Shown here: one piece after another, positions 1-10,722 of the stretch
How the letters are laid out: every line of letters begins with the position of its first letter
Numbering within the stretch: the stretch's first letter is position 1
Source of the DNA: Amphritea japonica ATCC BAA-1530
Lineage (GTDB): Bacteria > Pseudomonadota > Gammaproteobacteria > Pseudomonadales > Balneatricaceae
Length of the DNA stretch: 40,000 nt
Direction of reading: 5' to 3'
Assembly (NCBI RefSeq): GCF_016592435.1
Contig: NZ_AP014545.1
Span: 1,518,693-1,558,692 of the forward strand
Translations under genes and position numbers: made by a program
Notes under the pieces: model-generated
What the model saw: the letters and a program-made list of their open reading frames with translations, nothing else
The model's database searches: none
Told to the model about the DNA's origin: nothing

Positions 1-1
1 T

Positions 2-196
2 CCTGAAGGTGATCGCTACTGGTTTGGCGCCGGTGCCGCTCTGTTTTCCTTCGTCTGGTTTTTCTCTTTAAGTCTAGGTGCGCGCTGGCTGGCACCACTT
101 TTCCGCAACCCGCTTAGTTGGCGGGTATTAGATGGGTTGGTGTGTATTATGATGTGGACCCTTGCCGGATTGTTGCTCAGCGATAATCTGGTATAG
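2..196 (+). CDS. LysE/ArgO-family amino-acid exporter, C-terminal fragment (5' end outside window)
   Basis: Open frame from the window edge to TAG at 194-196. The translation PEGDRYWFGAGAALFSFVWFFSLSLGARWLAPLF...IMMWTLAGLLL gives two hydrophobic helices resembling ArgO/LysE C-termini. It is absent from the ORF track because it is truncated. Confidence 0.45.
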   Translation, partial: PEGDRYWFGAGAALFSFVWFFSLSLGARWLAPLFRNPLSWRVLDGLVCIMMWTLAGLLLSDNLV

Positions 197-227
197 CGCT
201 GATCGATAATCCGGCAAGCGTTCTTGC

Positions 228-1790
228 TCAGCGTTTCAGTGTTCGATTTACAATTTGAGACAGGTCGGTCACCAGCATCGCCAATTTATCGGTTGCGTCA
301 TTGGTCCGGGCAATGGAATCTTTATTATTGTCGGAAATGTCGCGAATCGAAATGACGCTGCGGCTAAGGCTTTCAGCGGTACCGCTCTGTTCTTCAGCAG
401 ATACAGCAATCTGCTGACTCTGTTGCGATATCAGATCGAGTGACTGGCTCAGCTGGTCAAAAGACTTACCGGCGGTTTCGGCTCGGGTAATACTCTCTTT
501 CGCCTGAAGATGGGTTTTACTCATACTGTTAGTAGTTTGTTCTACCTGATTCTGGATAGCATCAATACTGGCTTTAATCTGATTGGTGGCTTCCTGAGTT
601 CGGGTTGCAAGGGTGCGTACCTCATCGGCGACCACCGCAAACCCCCGGCCATTATCACCTGCCCGGGCCGCTTCGATCGCAGCATTGAGCGCCAATAGGT
701 TGGTTTGATCTGCAATGTCGTTGATCATGGTGGTAATGTTGCCGATCTCTTCAGTCTGGCTATGCAACTGATCTGATAGTTTCGAGGCCTGTGCGACTTC
801 AATGACGAGCTGCTCAATAGTATTCAGCATATCGTTAACACTCGTGCGACCGTTCTGCGCATCTTGAGCGGCCTGAAGCGTCACCTCTGATGTGCGTGAG
901 GTGTTTTCTGCAACCTGATGCGATGACGAAGCCATCTCTGTACTGGCGGAGGCTAGCATGTCGCTTTCCAGGTTTTGCTGTTCAATACCGTCAGTGGTTT
1001 GATCCAGGCTCTCGTGGGTAACCCCCATCACGTTTTTAACGGTCGCAATGGCATCCTCAACCCGGCCGGTAACGGTGCCTAATCGCGCCTCAAGAAACAA
1101 GTTGGATAGCTGGAAAGCGCCTATCTCATCCATCCGTCCGGTCAGTGCTTTCTGGGAGACGGGGTTGTTATAAATTTCAAGTGAGTGTCTGGATCTATCG
1201 TGCAAAGGTGAGAGAAGCCAATGGGTTAGTCCGGTAAATGACAGGGTCAATACGCTGGATAGGGCAATCTTTAAATAGAGATCTAACGGCGCCAGATTAA
1301 CCAAAGTAACCCCGAGTAAACCGCAAAAGGCTGACGCAACGACTCGATGACTGAGTTGTTTTCGAGAAAACGAAACCCGTGTTGGATGGCTATTGAGTTG
1401 ATCGTAGAGCCGTTGGGCGGTCTCTTTAATGTCGTCAGGCAGCTTTGTCCGGACCGACTGGTAGCCAACTTTTTTTCCCGCTTCATTGTATTGCGGGGTG
1501 ACATAAGCCAGCACCCAGTAGTAGTCACCGTTCTTGCAGCGGTTTTTCACCGCGCCCAGCCACGATTCGTCAGCTTTTAAGTGTTTCCACAGATCGGCGA
1601 AGGCTGCTGCCGGCATATCCGGATGTCTGACAATATTATGATTCTGCCCCATCAGCTCGTCTGCCGTGTAGCCGGCAACCTCACAGAAGTATTTATTGGC
1701 ATAGGTGATACAGCCGGTTAGAGAGGTCGTGGAAATGAGGCGACAGCCATCCTGGACAAGTTGTTCTCTCTGTTGCTGATTTGTAGACAT
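228..1790 (-). CDS. PAS-domain methyl-accepting chemotaxis protein (Aer-like energy/aerotaxis receptor)
   Basis: 520-aa ORF. The N-terminal PAS carries the Aer-type motif [11 protein letters not shown], followed by two TM helices. The C-terminal MCP signalling domain has [31 protein letters not shown]. Confidence 0.85.
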   Translation of the reverse strand: MSTNQQQREQLVQDGCRLISTTSLTGCITYANKYFCEVAGYTADELMGQNHNIVRHPDMPAAAFADLWKHLKADESWLGAVKNRCKNGDYYWVLAYVTPQYNEAGKKVGYQSVRTKLPDDIKETAQRLYDQLNSHPTRVSFSRKQLSHRVVASAFCGLLGVTLVNLAPLDLYLKIALSSVLTLSFTGLTHWLLSPLHDRSRHSLEIYNNPVSQKALTGRMDEIGAFQLSNLFLEARLGTVTGRVEDAIATVKNVMGVTHESLDQTTDGIEQQNLESDMLASASTEMASSSHQVAENTSRTSEVTLQAAQDAQNGRTSVNDMLNTIEQLVIEVAQASKLSDQLHSQTEEIGNITTMINDIADQTNLLALNAAIEAARAGDNGRGFAVVADEVRTLATRTQEATNQIKASIDAIQNQVEQTTNSMSKTHLQAKESITRAETAGKSFDQLSQSLDLISQQSQQIAVSAEEQSGTAESLSRSVISIRDISDNNKDSIARTNDATDKLAMLVTDLSQIVNRTLKR

Positions 1791-2091
1791 TGAAACCTCT
1801 TACTGAATCGTTTCAGGTTCAGATTATTACTGGCAGTATCAGGCCGCGATCTCAAGCCTGACGGGCCTTAGGTGGATAATATGAATATAGCGTTGTTTGT
1901 CTGTTATTGCTTTTGAAATGGTGCTCAGTTTGGGGGGCAGGTTATGTACTTCAGCTCAGGAATTACTACTAAATGACTAATTTTTCAGTGCCAAGGGAGC
2001 ATGGTTGAGGGTCGGCCCTACTGACTACTATGAACAGGTACTCAAAACAGCCCGCGAAGTGCGCTGTATAACAAAAAAGAGGCTTAGGAAA

Positions 2092-3612
2092 ATGATTTAC
2101 GCACAGCCAGGAACCGAAGGTTCAGTTGTTTCTTTTAAAGACCGTTACGCTAACTATATTGGTGGTGAGTGGGTTGCGCCTGTTAAAGGTCAGTACTTCC
2201 AGAATACTACACCCGTTACCGGTGAAACGTTTTGTGAAATTCCACGTTCTTCTGAGGAAGATATTAATCTGGCGCTGGATGCAGCGCATGCAGCCAAAGC
2301 TGCCTGGGGCGCTACCTCAGTAACTGAGCGCTCTAATCTACTGCTTAAAATTGCAGATCGCATCGAACAAAATCTTGAGCTTCTGGCCGTTGCAGAAACA
2401 TGGGATAACGGTAAAGCAGTTCGTGAAACGATGGCCGCTGACGTGCCTCTCTGTGTTGATCATTTCCGTTACTATGCCGGTTGTATCCGTGCTCAGGAAG
2501 GTTCAATCGGTGAAATCGATCAGAATACAGTTTCTTACCAGTTCCACGAGCCTCTGGGTGTGGTGGGTCAGATCATTCCATGGAACTTCCCATTGCTGAT
2601 GGCTGCCTGGAAGCTGGCACCTGCACTGGTGACAGGTAACTGTATCGTACTGAAGCCTGCGGAGCAGACGCCGGTATCTATCCTGAAACTGATGGAAGTG
2701 ATTGGTGACCTGATACCACCGGGTGTTCTGAACGTGGTTAACGGCTTTGGTAAAGAAGCGGGCGAAGCGCTGGCAACCAGCACCCGTATCGCTAAGATTG
2801 CATTCACTGGTTCTACGCCTGTTGGTTCGCACATTCTTAAGTGTGCTGCTGAAAATATTATTCCGTCTACCGTAGAGCTGGGTGGTAAGTCACCAAACAT
2901 CTTCTTTGCCGATGTAATGGATCAGGAAGATGAGTTTGTGAGTAAAGCGGTCGAAGGTGCTGTACTGGCATTCTTTAACCAGGGCGAAGTATGTACCTGT
3001 CCCTCTCGCTTGCTGATTCAGGAAAGCATGTATGATGAGTTCATCGCTAAGGTAGTTGAGCGTGCCAATCAGATTAAGCGTGGCAACCCGCTGGATACTG
3101 ATACGATGGTAGGTGCTCAGGCGTCTGAGCAGCAATTCGACAAGATCATGTCTTACATGGATATCGGTAGAGAAGAGGGCGCTGAATTCCTGATCGGTGG
3201 CGATGCTCATGAGAATGATGGTGAGTTTGGTTCTGGCTACTACGTTCAGCCTACGCTGATGAAAGGTCATAACAAAATGCGCGTATTCCAGGAAGAGATC
3301 TTCGGTCCTGTTGTCGCTGTAACGACCTTTAAAGATGAAGCGGAAGCGCTTGAAATCGCAAATGATACTGAGTTTGGTCTTGGGGCCGGTGTCTGGACCC
3401 GCGATATGAACCTTTCTTACCGTATGGGTCGTGGTATCGAATCTGGTCGTGTTTGGACAAACTGTTACCACCTGTATCCTGCTCACGCAGCGTTCGGTGG
3501 CTACAAGAAGTCTGGTGTAGGCCGTGAGACTCATAAAATGATGTTGGATCATTATCAGCAGACCAAGAACCTGTTGGTTAGCTACGATATTAATCCACTG
3601 GGCTTTTTCTAA
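2092..3612 (+). CDS. aldB: NAD-dependent aldehyde dehydrogenase, AldB/ExaC family
   Basis: Start moved to ATG 2092 ([10 protein letters not shown]..., AGGAA upstream); the track start at 2005 adds 29 unlikely residues. Family motifs seen: [38 protein letters not shown]. The N-terminus is colinear with AldB/ExaC. Confidence 0.9.
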   Translation: MIYAQPGTEGSVVSFKDRYANYIGGEWVAPVKGQYFQNTTPVTGETFCEIPRSSEEDINLALDAAHAAKAAWGATSVTERSNLLLKIADRIEQNLELLAVAETWDNGKAVRETMAADVPLCVDHFRYYAGCIRAQEGSIGEIDQNTVSYQFHEPLGVVGQIIPWNFPLLMAAWKLAPALVTGNCIVLKPAEQTPVSILKLMEVIGDLIPPGVLNVVNGFGKEAGEALATSTRIAKIAFTGSTPVGSHILKCAAENIIPSTVELGGKSPNIFFADVMDQEDEFVSKAVEGAVLAFFNQGEVCTCPSRLLIQESMYDEFIAKVVERANQIKRGNPLDTDTMVGAQASEQQFDKIMSYMDIGREEGAEFLIGGDAHENDGEFGSGYYVQPTLMKGHNKMRVFQEEIFGPVVAVTTFKDEAEALEIANDTEFGLGAGVWTRDMNLSYRMGRGIESGRVWTNCYHLYPAHAAFGGYKKSGVGRETHKMMLDHYQQTKNLLVSYDINPLGFF

Positions 3613-3789
3613 GCCGATCTGTTGATGCTATAGCAATATAGCTGACGCAATCCCCGGGGTAGCCATGCTGCCCCGTTTGCATATCTCCATTCGTCGTTTT
3701 GGAGACTCGCACCGTAACCCGCTATTCATGGGCGGGTTACAATCCGCAACTGGTATCGCACTTTGTACCGGGATTTGTCGGTGTTCTTT

Positions 3790-3816
3790 GGCGGTCTTTG
3801 ACCGCCCTTTTTGTTT
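3790..3816 (+). terminator. rho-independent terminator-like hairpin
   Basis: GGCGGTC-TTT-GACCGCC followed by CTTTTTGTTT. It lies ~180 nt after the aldB stop. A second 9-bp hairpin (GTAACCCGC/GCGGGTTAC) sits at 3714-3740. Confidence 0.5.
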
Positions 3817-3934
3817 GATTACCTGTCATCTTGAGTAGTCCGCTCCCGAACCTCCTTGTAACGGCTCTTCTACACCAACTAAGCTGGTACACAGCTTCTT
3901 TTTAGGAACGATCTGTTTTCTTGCCGGAGCAGGA

Positions 3935-6055
3935 ATGGAATTGACGAAAAGCCTCTATCAAAAACACATGCGCACCCTCTGGTCGGCGATGTTACTTATT
4001 GTCTTTTTGCTGGTGGGAGTGCTGGCTTATTTTTCTATGATCAGCCATCAACATAGCGAAGCACGGCTTAATGCATTGCAGCTGTCAGTTGAAGCGCAGG
4101 TTAATCGGCGCTTACAGGATGAAGTGGATACCGCAAGTGGCTATGCAGAAGCCCGGTATCAGAGGGCTGAACAAGTGCTGATGACTCGCGCGCAGGATGA
4201 AGTACTGCAAGCGATAGCGGTGTTGAAGGGAATCTACCAGGAGAATAAAGACAAGCTTTCAGACGATCAGTTGAAACAAGTCATGTTGGAATCCTTGCGT
4301 GAAGTGCGGTTCTTTAATGGTCGCGGATATTATTTCGTCGGTGATTCATTTGGCAAAAGCTTGTTATTACCCCCGCAGCCTGAATTAGAGGGAACCTCGC
4401 TTATTGATCTGAAAGATGACCGGGGGAATTATTTTGTCCGTCGCTTTACCCAGGTGATCGCTTCAGAGGATGGGCGGGGGTATGTGCGTTATCGCTGGTA
4501 TCCGCCGGGTGACGAGCAGAATATGCAGGATAAAATCACCTATATCGCACGTTTTGAACCCTTCAACTGGATGATTGGTGCGGGTGATTATGTCTATAGA
4601 ATTCAGAATGATCTGCAGCAGGAAATTATCCAGCACCTCGAAAATATTCAGTTTGGTGAAGATGGCTATATCGCTGTTTTTGATAGCAGAGGACATATTA
4701 TTGCCGGTAAAGGGGTTAGTCAGTTTATTGAAAAACATTTATCTCTGTACGAATCGGCAGATGATCAGAAACGGCTTACGGCGCTGTCTTATAAACTAGG
4801 AACGGAAGGGTTTCACCGAAGCGATTGGTATCAGGCAGATGGTACGCCGATAGATGATCAGTTGATTTATATTAAACCACTGCCTATCTGGGGTTGGTCC
4901 CTGGTGGGCGGGGCTGATACGGATCCGGGTATACAGCTGTTGGCGCAACAACGACAAGTGATTAATCAGAAGGAACGTATTGACCATCTGCAGCTGATGC
5001 TCCTGTTGGGTCTGATATTGTTCATCGCCCTGGTAGCGATGAGGTATTTTACTCGTGGATTTGAACATGTCTTCAGAAACTACCAAACGGATATTGATCA
5101 GCAGCAAAAAGAACTTTCAGAGAATGCTCTGTCGTTAGAGATTAGTGCTCGTATCGTTCAGGCCGCGCATGAAGGCATTATGGTGACCGATGCGGATAAT
5201 CGAATTGTGAGTATCAATGAATCATTTACCCGAATTACCGGTTATGAGCGCGATGAGGTTTTAGGTAGAAATCCCAAGTTCTTACAATCCTCCCGTCAGG
5301 AAAGTGGTTTCTATCGAAGGCTCTGGGAGACGCTGACTAAAGAGGGCGAGTGGCACGGGGAGGTCTGGAACCGGCGTAAGAATGGGTCTCTTTACCCTCA
5401 GGCATTATCAATCACCTGTTATCGGAATAGTCGGGGGGAGGCAGAAAATTATATTGGCACCTTTACCGATATTAGTCAGCGTAAGGCGTTTGAGGAAAAA
5501 CTAGAACACCTGGCGCAAAGTGATTCTTTGACGGATCTGCCCAATCGTCGAACGTTAACCGCCCGGTTGCAGCATGAACTGGCTATTATCGGTCGTAACC
5601 CTGGCCGACAACTGGGTATCATCTTTATGGATCTGGATCACTTTAAGCCGATCAATGATACCTACGGTCATGGGGTAGGCGATCAGGTACTTATTACAAC
5701 GGCCCGTCGGTTGAACGAGACAGTCCGTAGTATTGATATGGTTAGCCGGGTAGGGGGAGATGAGTTTGTGATTCTGCTGGGCAACCAGCCTGGTGATATG
5801 CAGCAAACAGCGATCAAACTGGCGGAACGTATTATCCAGGTTGTCTCAGAACCCATTATGATTGCCGGAGAAAGTTTTTCACTAACGGCCAGTCTTGGCA
5901 TTTCTGTGGCACCATCGGATAGCCGGGATGATATTCAACTACTCGAATATGCTGATTTAGCACTTTATCAGGCGAAGGAGCAGGGGCGTAATAACTATAA
6001 GTTTTTCGAACTCTGGATGGCTGCGAAAGGGCAGCAGAAGACTGATTATGTTTAA
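3935..6055 (+). CDS. sensor diguanylate cyclase (periplasmic Cache-like domain, TM, PAS, GGDEF)
   Basis: 706-aa ORF with an N-terminal TM, a large periplasmic-type segment and a second TM (LLLGLILFIALVAM). The PAS region contains SINESFTRITGYERDEVLGRNPKF. The GGDEF domain contains RVGGDEFVILL. Confidence 0.85.
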   Translation: MELTKSLYQKHMRTLWSAMLLIVFLLVGVLAYFSMISHQHSEARLNALQLSVEAQVNRRLQDEVDTASGYAEARYQRAEQVLMTRAQDEVLQAIAVLKGIYQENKDKLSDDQLKQVMLESLREVRFFNGRGYYFVGDSFGKSLLLPPQPELEGTSLIDLKDDRGNYFVRRFTQVIASEDGRGYVRYRWYPPGDEQNMQDKITYIARFEPFNWMIGAGDYVYRIQNDLQQEIIQHLENIQFGEDGYIAVFDSRGHIIAGKGVSQFIEKHLSLYESADDQKRLTALSYKLGTEGFHRSDWYQADGTPIDDQLIYIKPLPIWGWSLVGGADTDPGIQLLAQQRQVINQKERIDHLQLMLLLGLILFIALVAMRYFTRGFEHVFRNYQTDIDQQQKELSENALSLEISARIVQAAHEGIMVTDADNRIVSINESFTRITGYERDEVLGRNPKFLQSSRQESGFYRRLWETLTKEGEWHGEVWNRRKNGSLYPQALSITCYRNSRGEAENYIGTFTDISQRKAFEEKLEHLAQSDSLTDLPNRRTLTARLQHELAIIGRNPGRQLGIIFMDLDHFKPINDTYGHGVGDQVLITTARRLNETVRSIDMVSRVGGDEFVILLGNQPGDMQQTAIKLAERIIQVVSEPIMIAGESFSLTASLGISVAPSDSRDDIQLLEYADLALYQAKEQGRNNYKFFELWMAAKGQQKTDYV

Positions 6056-6109
6056 TAGCGTTAAATTACAATACTCAATTTTATAATTTATAGTTAAGGA
6101 TTTTGCCTA

Positions 6110-6559
6110 ATGCCCGTTGTCTGGATGCCAAAAATTTCTACTGGGAATGATCAGATAGATCAGGACCATAAATACCTGATCGCTTTATTTAACTCGGTTG
6201 AACTGGCTATAAGTAAGCCGGAAAATCTAAAGTTCTTACCTGTTTTTTTTCGTCAACTGGTGGATTACACCCGGGAGCACTTTGACCGGGAAGAAACCAT
6301 CCAGCTAAAGATTCGTTATCCTCACTATGCTGAACATAAAATCGAGCATCAGCAGATTGTTGAGCATCTGGAGAAGCTCTATCTTGAGGTTCAACAGGTG
6401 GTGGGGTCGAATGCAGCGAAGACCGCGCCAGAAGAGATTAGTGCTAAGTTGAATAATGAAATTATTAGTCTGGCACGTGAATGGATTTTAGATCACCTGA
6501 TTAAGACAGATGGCAAAATGGCGGTATTTCTACGAAAGCACCCGCAGGATCTGAGCTGA
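6110..6559 (+). CDS. hemerythrin-like metal-binding protein
   Basis: 149 aa. Contains STGNDQIDQDHKYL, HFDREE and HYAEHKIEH, the His/Glu/Asp spacing typical of bacteriohemerythrins. AAGGA lies upstream. Confidence 0.75.
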   Translation: MPVVWMPKISTGNDQIDQDHKYLIALFNSVELAISKPENLKFLPVFFRQLVDYTREHFDREETIQLKIRYPHYAEHKIEHQQIVEHLEKLYLEVQQVVGSNAAKTAPEEISAKLNNEIISLAREWILDHLIKTDGKMAVFLRKHPQDLS

Positions 6560-6609
6560 AAGAAGAGATGCTGTTATAATGGATTTCCTCGACTAAAACG
6601 GGCCCAGTT

Positions 6610-7023
6610 GTGCTGAAAATTTCCAATGCTATATCTATACCGGATGATGAAATTGAACTAACTGCGATTAGGGCTCAGGGAAGCGGTGGGCAGAATGTTA
6701 ATAAAGTCTCGTCTGCGATACACCTGCGTTTTGATATCCATGCTTCTTCGTTACCTGTTGTCTACAAAGAACGATTGCTACAGCTGAAAGACTCTCGTAT
6801 CACCAAAGAGGGGATTATTGTCATCAAGGCGCAGCAGTTTCGAACGCAGGAAAAGAACCGGGATGATGCACTGCAACGCCTTTTGTTACTGATTAAAACC
6901 GTTACCGTTGTGCAGAAAACCCGAAAAGCCACCAAGCCTAGTCGTTCAGCCAAACGAAAACGGATGGACAGTAAGACTAAGCGGGGCCAGGTAAAGGTAA
7001 TGCGGGGACGGGTTACCGACTAA
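6610..7023 (+). CDS. arfB: alternative ribosome-rescue factor ArfB (GGQ peptidyl-tRNA hydrolase)
   Basis: 137 aa with a GTG start. It has the GSGGQNVNKVSSAIHLRFD motif and a basic C-terminal tail (KRKRMDSKTKRGQVK), as in ArfB/YaeJ. Confidence 0.85.
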   Translation: MLKISNAISIPDDEIELTAIRAQGSGGQNVNKVSSAIHLRFDIHASSLPVVYKERLLQLKDSRITKEGIIVIKAQQFRTQEKNRDDALQRLLLLIKTVTVVQKTRKATKPSRSAKRKRMDSKTKRGQVKVMRGRVTD

Positions 7024-7048
7024 TTTTTAAAAAGAAGGAAATAGATAG

Positions 7049-7225
7049 ATGAAACTGATTAAGCGACTGGGGTTAGTGACAGTGATGGGGCTGGCCATAG
7101 TGTCTTTACAGGGCTGCTCCCCTGAAGTAGGCAGCAAAGAGTGGTGTGCAGAAATGAAAGAGAAGCCGAAGGGAGACTGGTCGGGCAATGAAGCCAAAGA
7201 GTTTGCTAAAAGCTGTATTTTCTAA
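7049..7225 (+). CDS. small lipoprotein (DUF3012-like)
   Basis: 58-aa ORF below the track cutoff: MKLIKRLGLVTVMGLAIVSLQGC... It has a lipobox (LQGC), then KEWCAEMKEKPKGDWSGNEAKEFAKSC. GAAGGA lies upstream. Confidence 0.5.
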   Translation: MKLIKRLGLVTVMGLAIVSLQGCSPEVGSKEWCAEMKEKPKGDWSGNEAKEFAKSCIF

Positions 7226-7385
7226 CTTATTGATTCATATATAAAACGTAGTAGAGTTTGTTTTTTTATAGACTAAAACAGGAGCGTTTTTAGTTCCAAA
7301 GTACCATATGTGATCCGCGAACTACTTCATATTATTAATAACAGTCTCAAGACTGGAAAATCTAATAACAACAGAGGTAATGCAT

Positions 7386-7457
7386 ATGTGGACTAAACCA
7401 GCTTACACAGATCTGCGTATTGGTTTTGAAGTAACAATGTACTTCGCAAACCGCTAA
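7386..7457 (+). CDS. pqqA: PQQ precursor peptide PqqA
   Basis: 23-aa [26 protein letters not shown]. It contains the E-x3-Y pair (EVTMY) that is cross-linked into PQQ, and it sits directly upstream of pqqB. Confidence 0.9.
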
Positions 7458-7468
7458 GCAATCTATCA

Positions 7469-7500
7469 AGCTCCGCCCCAGGGTGGAGCTTTTTAGTTTT
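7469..7500 (+). terminator. hairpin plus T-tract between pqqA and pqqB (attenuator/partial terminator)
   Basis: AGCTCCGCC-CCAG-GGTGGAGCT forms a 9-bp stem with one G.T pair, followed by TTTTAGTTTT. Confidence 0.45.
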
Positions 7501-7533
7501 TGCCCCTTCAGAATTGCTGACAAGATAATAACA

Positions 7534-8454
7534 ATGAAAATTCAGATTCTAGGTTCCGCAGCCGGTGGCGGGTTCCCTCAGTGGAACTGTAACTGCCGTA
7601 ACTGTGCCGGCTATCGTGCCGGAACCCTCAATGCAAAGGCTCGTACTCAGTCATCCATCGCGATAAGTGCAAACGGTGAAGACTGGATTCTATTTAATAC
7701 GTCGCCTGATATACGCCAGCAGCTGGCAGACTTTTCACCCATGCAACCGAATCGTCAGATACGTGATACGGGTATTGCGGCAATTGTTTACATGGACAGT
7801 CAGATCGACCATACCACCGGCCTGCTGATGCTGCGGGAAGGTTGCCCTCATGAGGTCTGGTGTACTGATATGGTCTATCAGGATCTGACCACCGGTTTCC
7901 CTGTTTTCAATATGCTGGAACACTGGAACGGCGGCATTAAGCGTAATGCTATTCCGGTAGAAGAGGGAAACAATAGCTTTGTTATTCCCCAGGTTCCCGA
8001 ATTTAAACTGACAGCGGTTGCACTGCTCAGTAGTGCTCCCCCTTATTCGCCGCATCGTAACGATCCCCATCCAGGGGACAACATAGGTATCCTGATAGAA
8101 GATACCCGCAGCGGTAAAAAACTGTTCTATGCACCTGGCCTTGGTCAGATCGAACCCCACCTGAAACCGATTATGAAAGATGCGGATTGCTTGCTGGTTG
8201 ACGGCACTATCTGGCGTGATGATGAGCTACTCACCACCGGTGTTGGCGATAAGCTGGGTGTCACGATGGGTCATCTGGCTCAGTCGGGCGAAGGTGGCAT
8301 GATTGAATTTCTGGATACGCTGGAAAAGCCCCGGAAAGTTCTGATCCACATAAACAATACCAATCCGATTTTAGATGAAGATTCGCCAGAGAGGGCTGAA
8401 GTGTTCGCCCACGGTATCGAAATCTCTCATGACGGAATGAGCATAGAACTGTAA
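7534..8454 (+). CDS. pqqB: PQQ biosynthesis protein PqqB (metallo-beta-lactamase fold)
   Basis: Start moved to ATG 7534 ([24 protein letters not shown]); the track start at 7483 lies inside the pqqA hairpin. Operon position fits pqqB. Confidence 0.9.
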   Translation: MKIQILGSAAGGGFPQWNCNCRNCAGYRAGTLNAKARTQSSIAISANGEDWILFNTSPDIRQQLADFSPMQPNRQIRDTGIAAIVYMDSQIDHTTGLLMLREGCPHEVWCTDMVYQDLTTGFPVFNMLEHWNGGIKRNAIPVEEGNNSFVIPQVPEFKLTAVALLSSAPPYSPHRNDPHPGDNIGILIEDTRSGKKLFYAPGLGQIEPHLKPIMKDADCLLVDGTIWRDDELLTTGVGDKLGVTMGHLAQSGEGGMIEFLDTLEKPRKVLIHINNTNPILDEDSPERAEVFAHGIEISHDGMSIEL

Positions 8455-8464
8455 GAGGTTGACT

Positions 8465-9235
8465 ATGAACGCACAGGTTAACGAAGCCCTGCCACCGATG
8501 AGCCGGGATGAATTCGAACAGGCACTGCGGGCTAAAAGTGCTTTCTATCATACCCAGCACCCCTATCATGTCGCCATGTATAACGGCAGCTGTACGAAAG
8601 AGCAGATTCAGGGCTGGGTGGCTAACCGGTTTTACTATCAGATCTCAATACCGGTAAAAGATGCGGCGATTATGGCCAATTGCCCCGACCGGGATGTACG
8701 CCGTCACTGGGTACAGCGTGTGCTGGATCACGATGGTTATGATGGTGCTGTCGGGGGTATTGAAGCCTGGTTGCAACTGGGTGAAGCGGTCGGCTTGACC
8801 CGTGAAGAGATTCTCTCTCAGGAACATGTACTACCGGGTGTGCGTTTCGCCGTGGATGCTTATGTGAATTTTGCCCGTCGGGCGACCTGGCAGGAAGCCG
8901 CCAGCTCCTCACTGACCGAGCTATTTGCACCAACTATCCATCAAAATCGTCTGGATAGCTGGCCGGGACATTATCCCTGGATTAAAGAAGAGGGCTATCA
9001 GTATTTCCGTAATCGTCTGACCGAGGCCCGTCGTGATGTGGTTCATGGACTTGAAATTACTCTGGAACACTATACGACCCGTGAACAGCAGGAAAGGATG
9101 CTGAATATTCTGCAGTTTAAGCTGGACGTTCTCTGGAGCATGCTTGACGCCATGACCATGGCCTATGAAATGGCGCGCCCACCGTACCATACCGTGACCG
9201 ACGAGAAGGTCTATCACAAAGGGTTGTTTTCATGA
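8465..9235 (+). CDS. pqqC: pyrroloquinoline-quinone synthase PqqC
   Basis: ATG at 8465 follows AAGAGG; the track uses TTG at 8459. Sequence [15 protein letters not shown]...WVANRFYYQ and the operon order support the call. Confidence 0.9.
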   Translation: MNAQVNEALPPMSRDEFEQALRAKSAFYHTQHPYHVAMYNGSCTKEQIQGWVANRFYYQISIPVKDAAIMANCPDRDVRRHWVQRVLDHDGYDGAVGGIEAWLQLGEAVGLTREEILSQEHVLPGVRFAVDAYVNFARRATWQEAASSSLTELFAPTIHQNRLDSWPGHYPWIKEEGYQYFRNRLTEARRDVVHGLEITLEHYTTREQQERMLNILQFKLDVLWSMLDAMTMAYEMARPPYHTVTDEKVYHKGLFS

Positions 9236-9525
9236 GTGGCCCGGCGCAAGTGAGTGAGATTAGCCTGACTCAGACGCCAGCTCTTAATAGCATGTTTCGT
9301 TTCCAATGGGAGAAAGCGCAGGATTGTTATGTTTTGCTCTATCCTGAAGGGATGGTGAAGCTTAATGGCCCGGCTGGTGAAGTACTGGCTTTAGTTGATG
9401 GCCAGCGTACTGTAGCGGATATTGTCCAGGCTCTACAGACCAAATTTCCCGATGCCGAAGGGATCGATCGGGATATTCTTGATTTCTTAGGAGACGCTCG
9501 TGAGCAACTCTGGATCAGCCTGTAA
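9232..9525 (+). CDS. pqqD: PQQ biosynthesis peptide chaperone PqqD
   Basis: 97 aa with an ATGA overlap onto the pqqC stop. [31 protein letters not shown] is typical of PqqD. Confidence 0.9.
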   Translation: MSGPAQVSEISLTQTPALNSMFRFQWEKAQDCYVLLYPEGMVKLNGPAGEVLALVDGQRTVADIVQALQTKFPDAEGIDRDILDFLGDAREQLWISL

Positions 9526-10675
9526 CGGCCAGCCTTCATCGGCGCCGTCTTTAAGTAGTGTTCCAACCCACGGCCAGCCACTCTGGTTGCTGGCTGAATT
9601 GACCTACAAGTGTCCGTTGCAATGTCCTTACTGTGCGAATCCGGTAGATTTCGCCAGCAAGACAGGCGAGCTGACAACGGCTGAGTGGATCGATGTCTTT
9701 ACCCAGGCGCGTGAACTGGGTGCGGCACAACTGGGGTTTTCCGGTGGTGAGCCACTGGTGCGCCAGGATCTGACTGAGCTTATTCGTGAAGCGCGGCAAC
9801 TGGGTTACTATTCTAATCTGATTACCTCCGGTGTCGGGCTTAACGAACGTAAAATCGCTGACTTTCGTGAAGCAGGACTGGATCATATTCAAGTCAGTTT
9901 TCAGGCGGCAGACCCGGAAGTCAATAACCTGTTGGCGGGTTCTAAAAAGGCTTTTGCGCAAAAAATGGCGATGGCGAAAGAGGTGAAAGCCCAGGGTTAC
10001 CCGATGGTGCTGAACTTCGTCACCCATCGTCACAATATCGACCAGATAGATCGTATTATTGAACTCTGTGTTGAGCTGCAAGCCGACTATGTTGAGCTGG
10101 CCACCTGTCAGTATTACGGTTGGGCTTATGAAAATCGTAATGATCTTCTGCCAACTCATGCACAGCTCGAAAGAGCAGAACGCATTACCAATGAGTACCG
10201 TGACCGTCTGGCTGCGGCAGGCAACCCGATTAAGATTATCTTTGTGACGCCGGATTACTATGAAGAACGTCCGAAGGGCTGTATGAATGGTTGGGGTCAG
10301 GTGTTTCTGACCGTGACACCGGATGGTACAGCGTTACCCTGCCATAGCGCCCGTATGTTGCCGATTGAATTTCCCAATGTGCGGGAGCAGAGCATCGAGG
10401 CGATCTGGAACCAGTCGAACGGCTTTAATCACTACCGTGGTTACGAATGGATGAAGGAGCCTTGCGCTTCCTGTGATGAGAAAGAGAAAGACTTCGGTGG
10501 TTGTCGCTGTCAGGCCTTTATGATGACCGGCGATGCTAATAATGCCGATCCTGTGTGCAGTAAATCACCTCATCATGAGTTGATTGTGAAGGCCCGGGAA
10601 GAAGCTGAACTTCCCTCGCACAAAGAACCTATCTTCCGCAATGAGCGTAACTCAAAGGTGTTCTGCAAAGGCTGA
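9500..10675 (+). CDS. pqqE: radical-SAM enzyme PqqE
   Basis: GTG start overlapping pqqD. It has the CPLQCPYC radical-SAM cluster motif and C-terminal SPASM-type cysteines ([18 protein letters not shown]). Confidence 0.9.
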   Translation: MSNSGSACNGQPSSAPSLSSVPTHGQPLWLLAELTYKCPLQCPYCANPVDFASKTGELTTAEWIDVFTQARELGAAQLGFSGGEPLVRQDLTELIREARQLGYYSNLITSGVGLNERKIADFREAGLDHIQVSFQAADPEVNNLLAGSKKAFAQKMAMAKEVKAQGYPMVLNFVTHRHNIDQIDRIIELCVELQADYVELATCQYYGWAYENRNDLLPTHAQLERAERITNEYRDRLAAAGNPIKIIFVTPDYYEERPKGCMNGWGQVFLTVTPDGTALPCHSARMLPIEFPNVREQSIEAIWNQSNGFNHYRGYEWMKEPCASCDEKEKDFGGCRCQAFMMTGDANNADPVCSKSPHHELIVKAREEAELPSHKEPIFRNERNSKVFCKG

Positions 10676-10722
10676 TATGATCAGCCATCTCTGATTTCAA
10701 CCGGAAGGGACAGATCCTGCCT

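Noticed and set aside
1831-1845. Sigma-54-like promoter TGGCAGTATCAGGCC upstream of aldB
   Set aside because: The GG-to-GC spacing is one nucleotide short of the TGGCAC-N5-TTGC consensus, the -12 element is poor, and it lies about 250 nt from the start codon.
2503-3552. Minus-strand ORFs of 109-220 aa inside aldB, and similar ones inside pqqB, pqqC, pqqE, the S9 peptidase, the GGDEF gene and phnA
   Set aside because: All are fully nested antisense to strongly supported genes. They have no SD and no recognisable motifs.
3665-3838. 57-aa ORF in the aldB to GGDEF intergenic region
   Set aside because: It has no SD, a Cys/Arg-rich improbable composition, and it spans two hairpins including the terminator. 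The region is more likely a structured 3' UTR.
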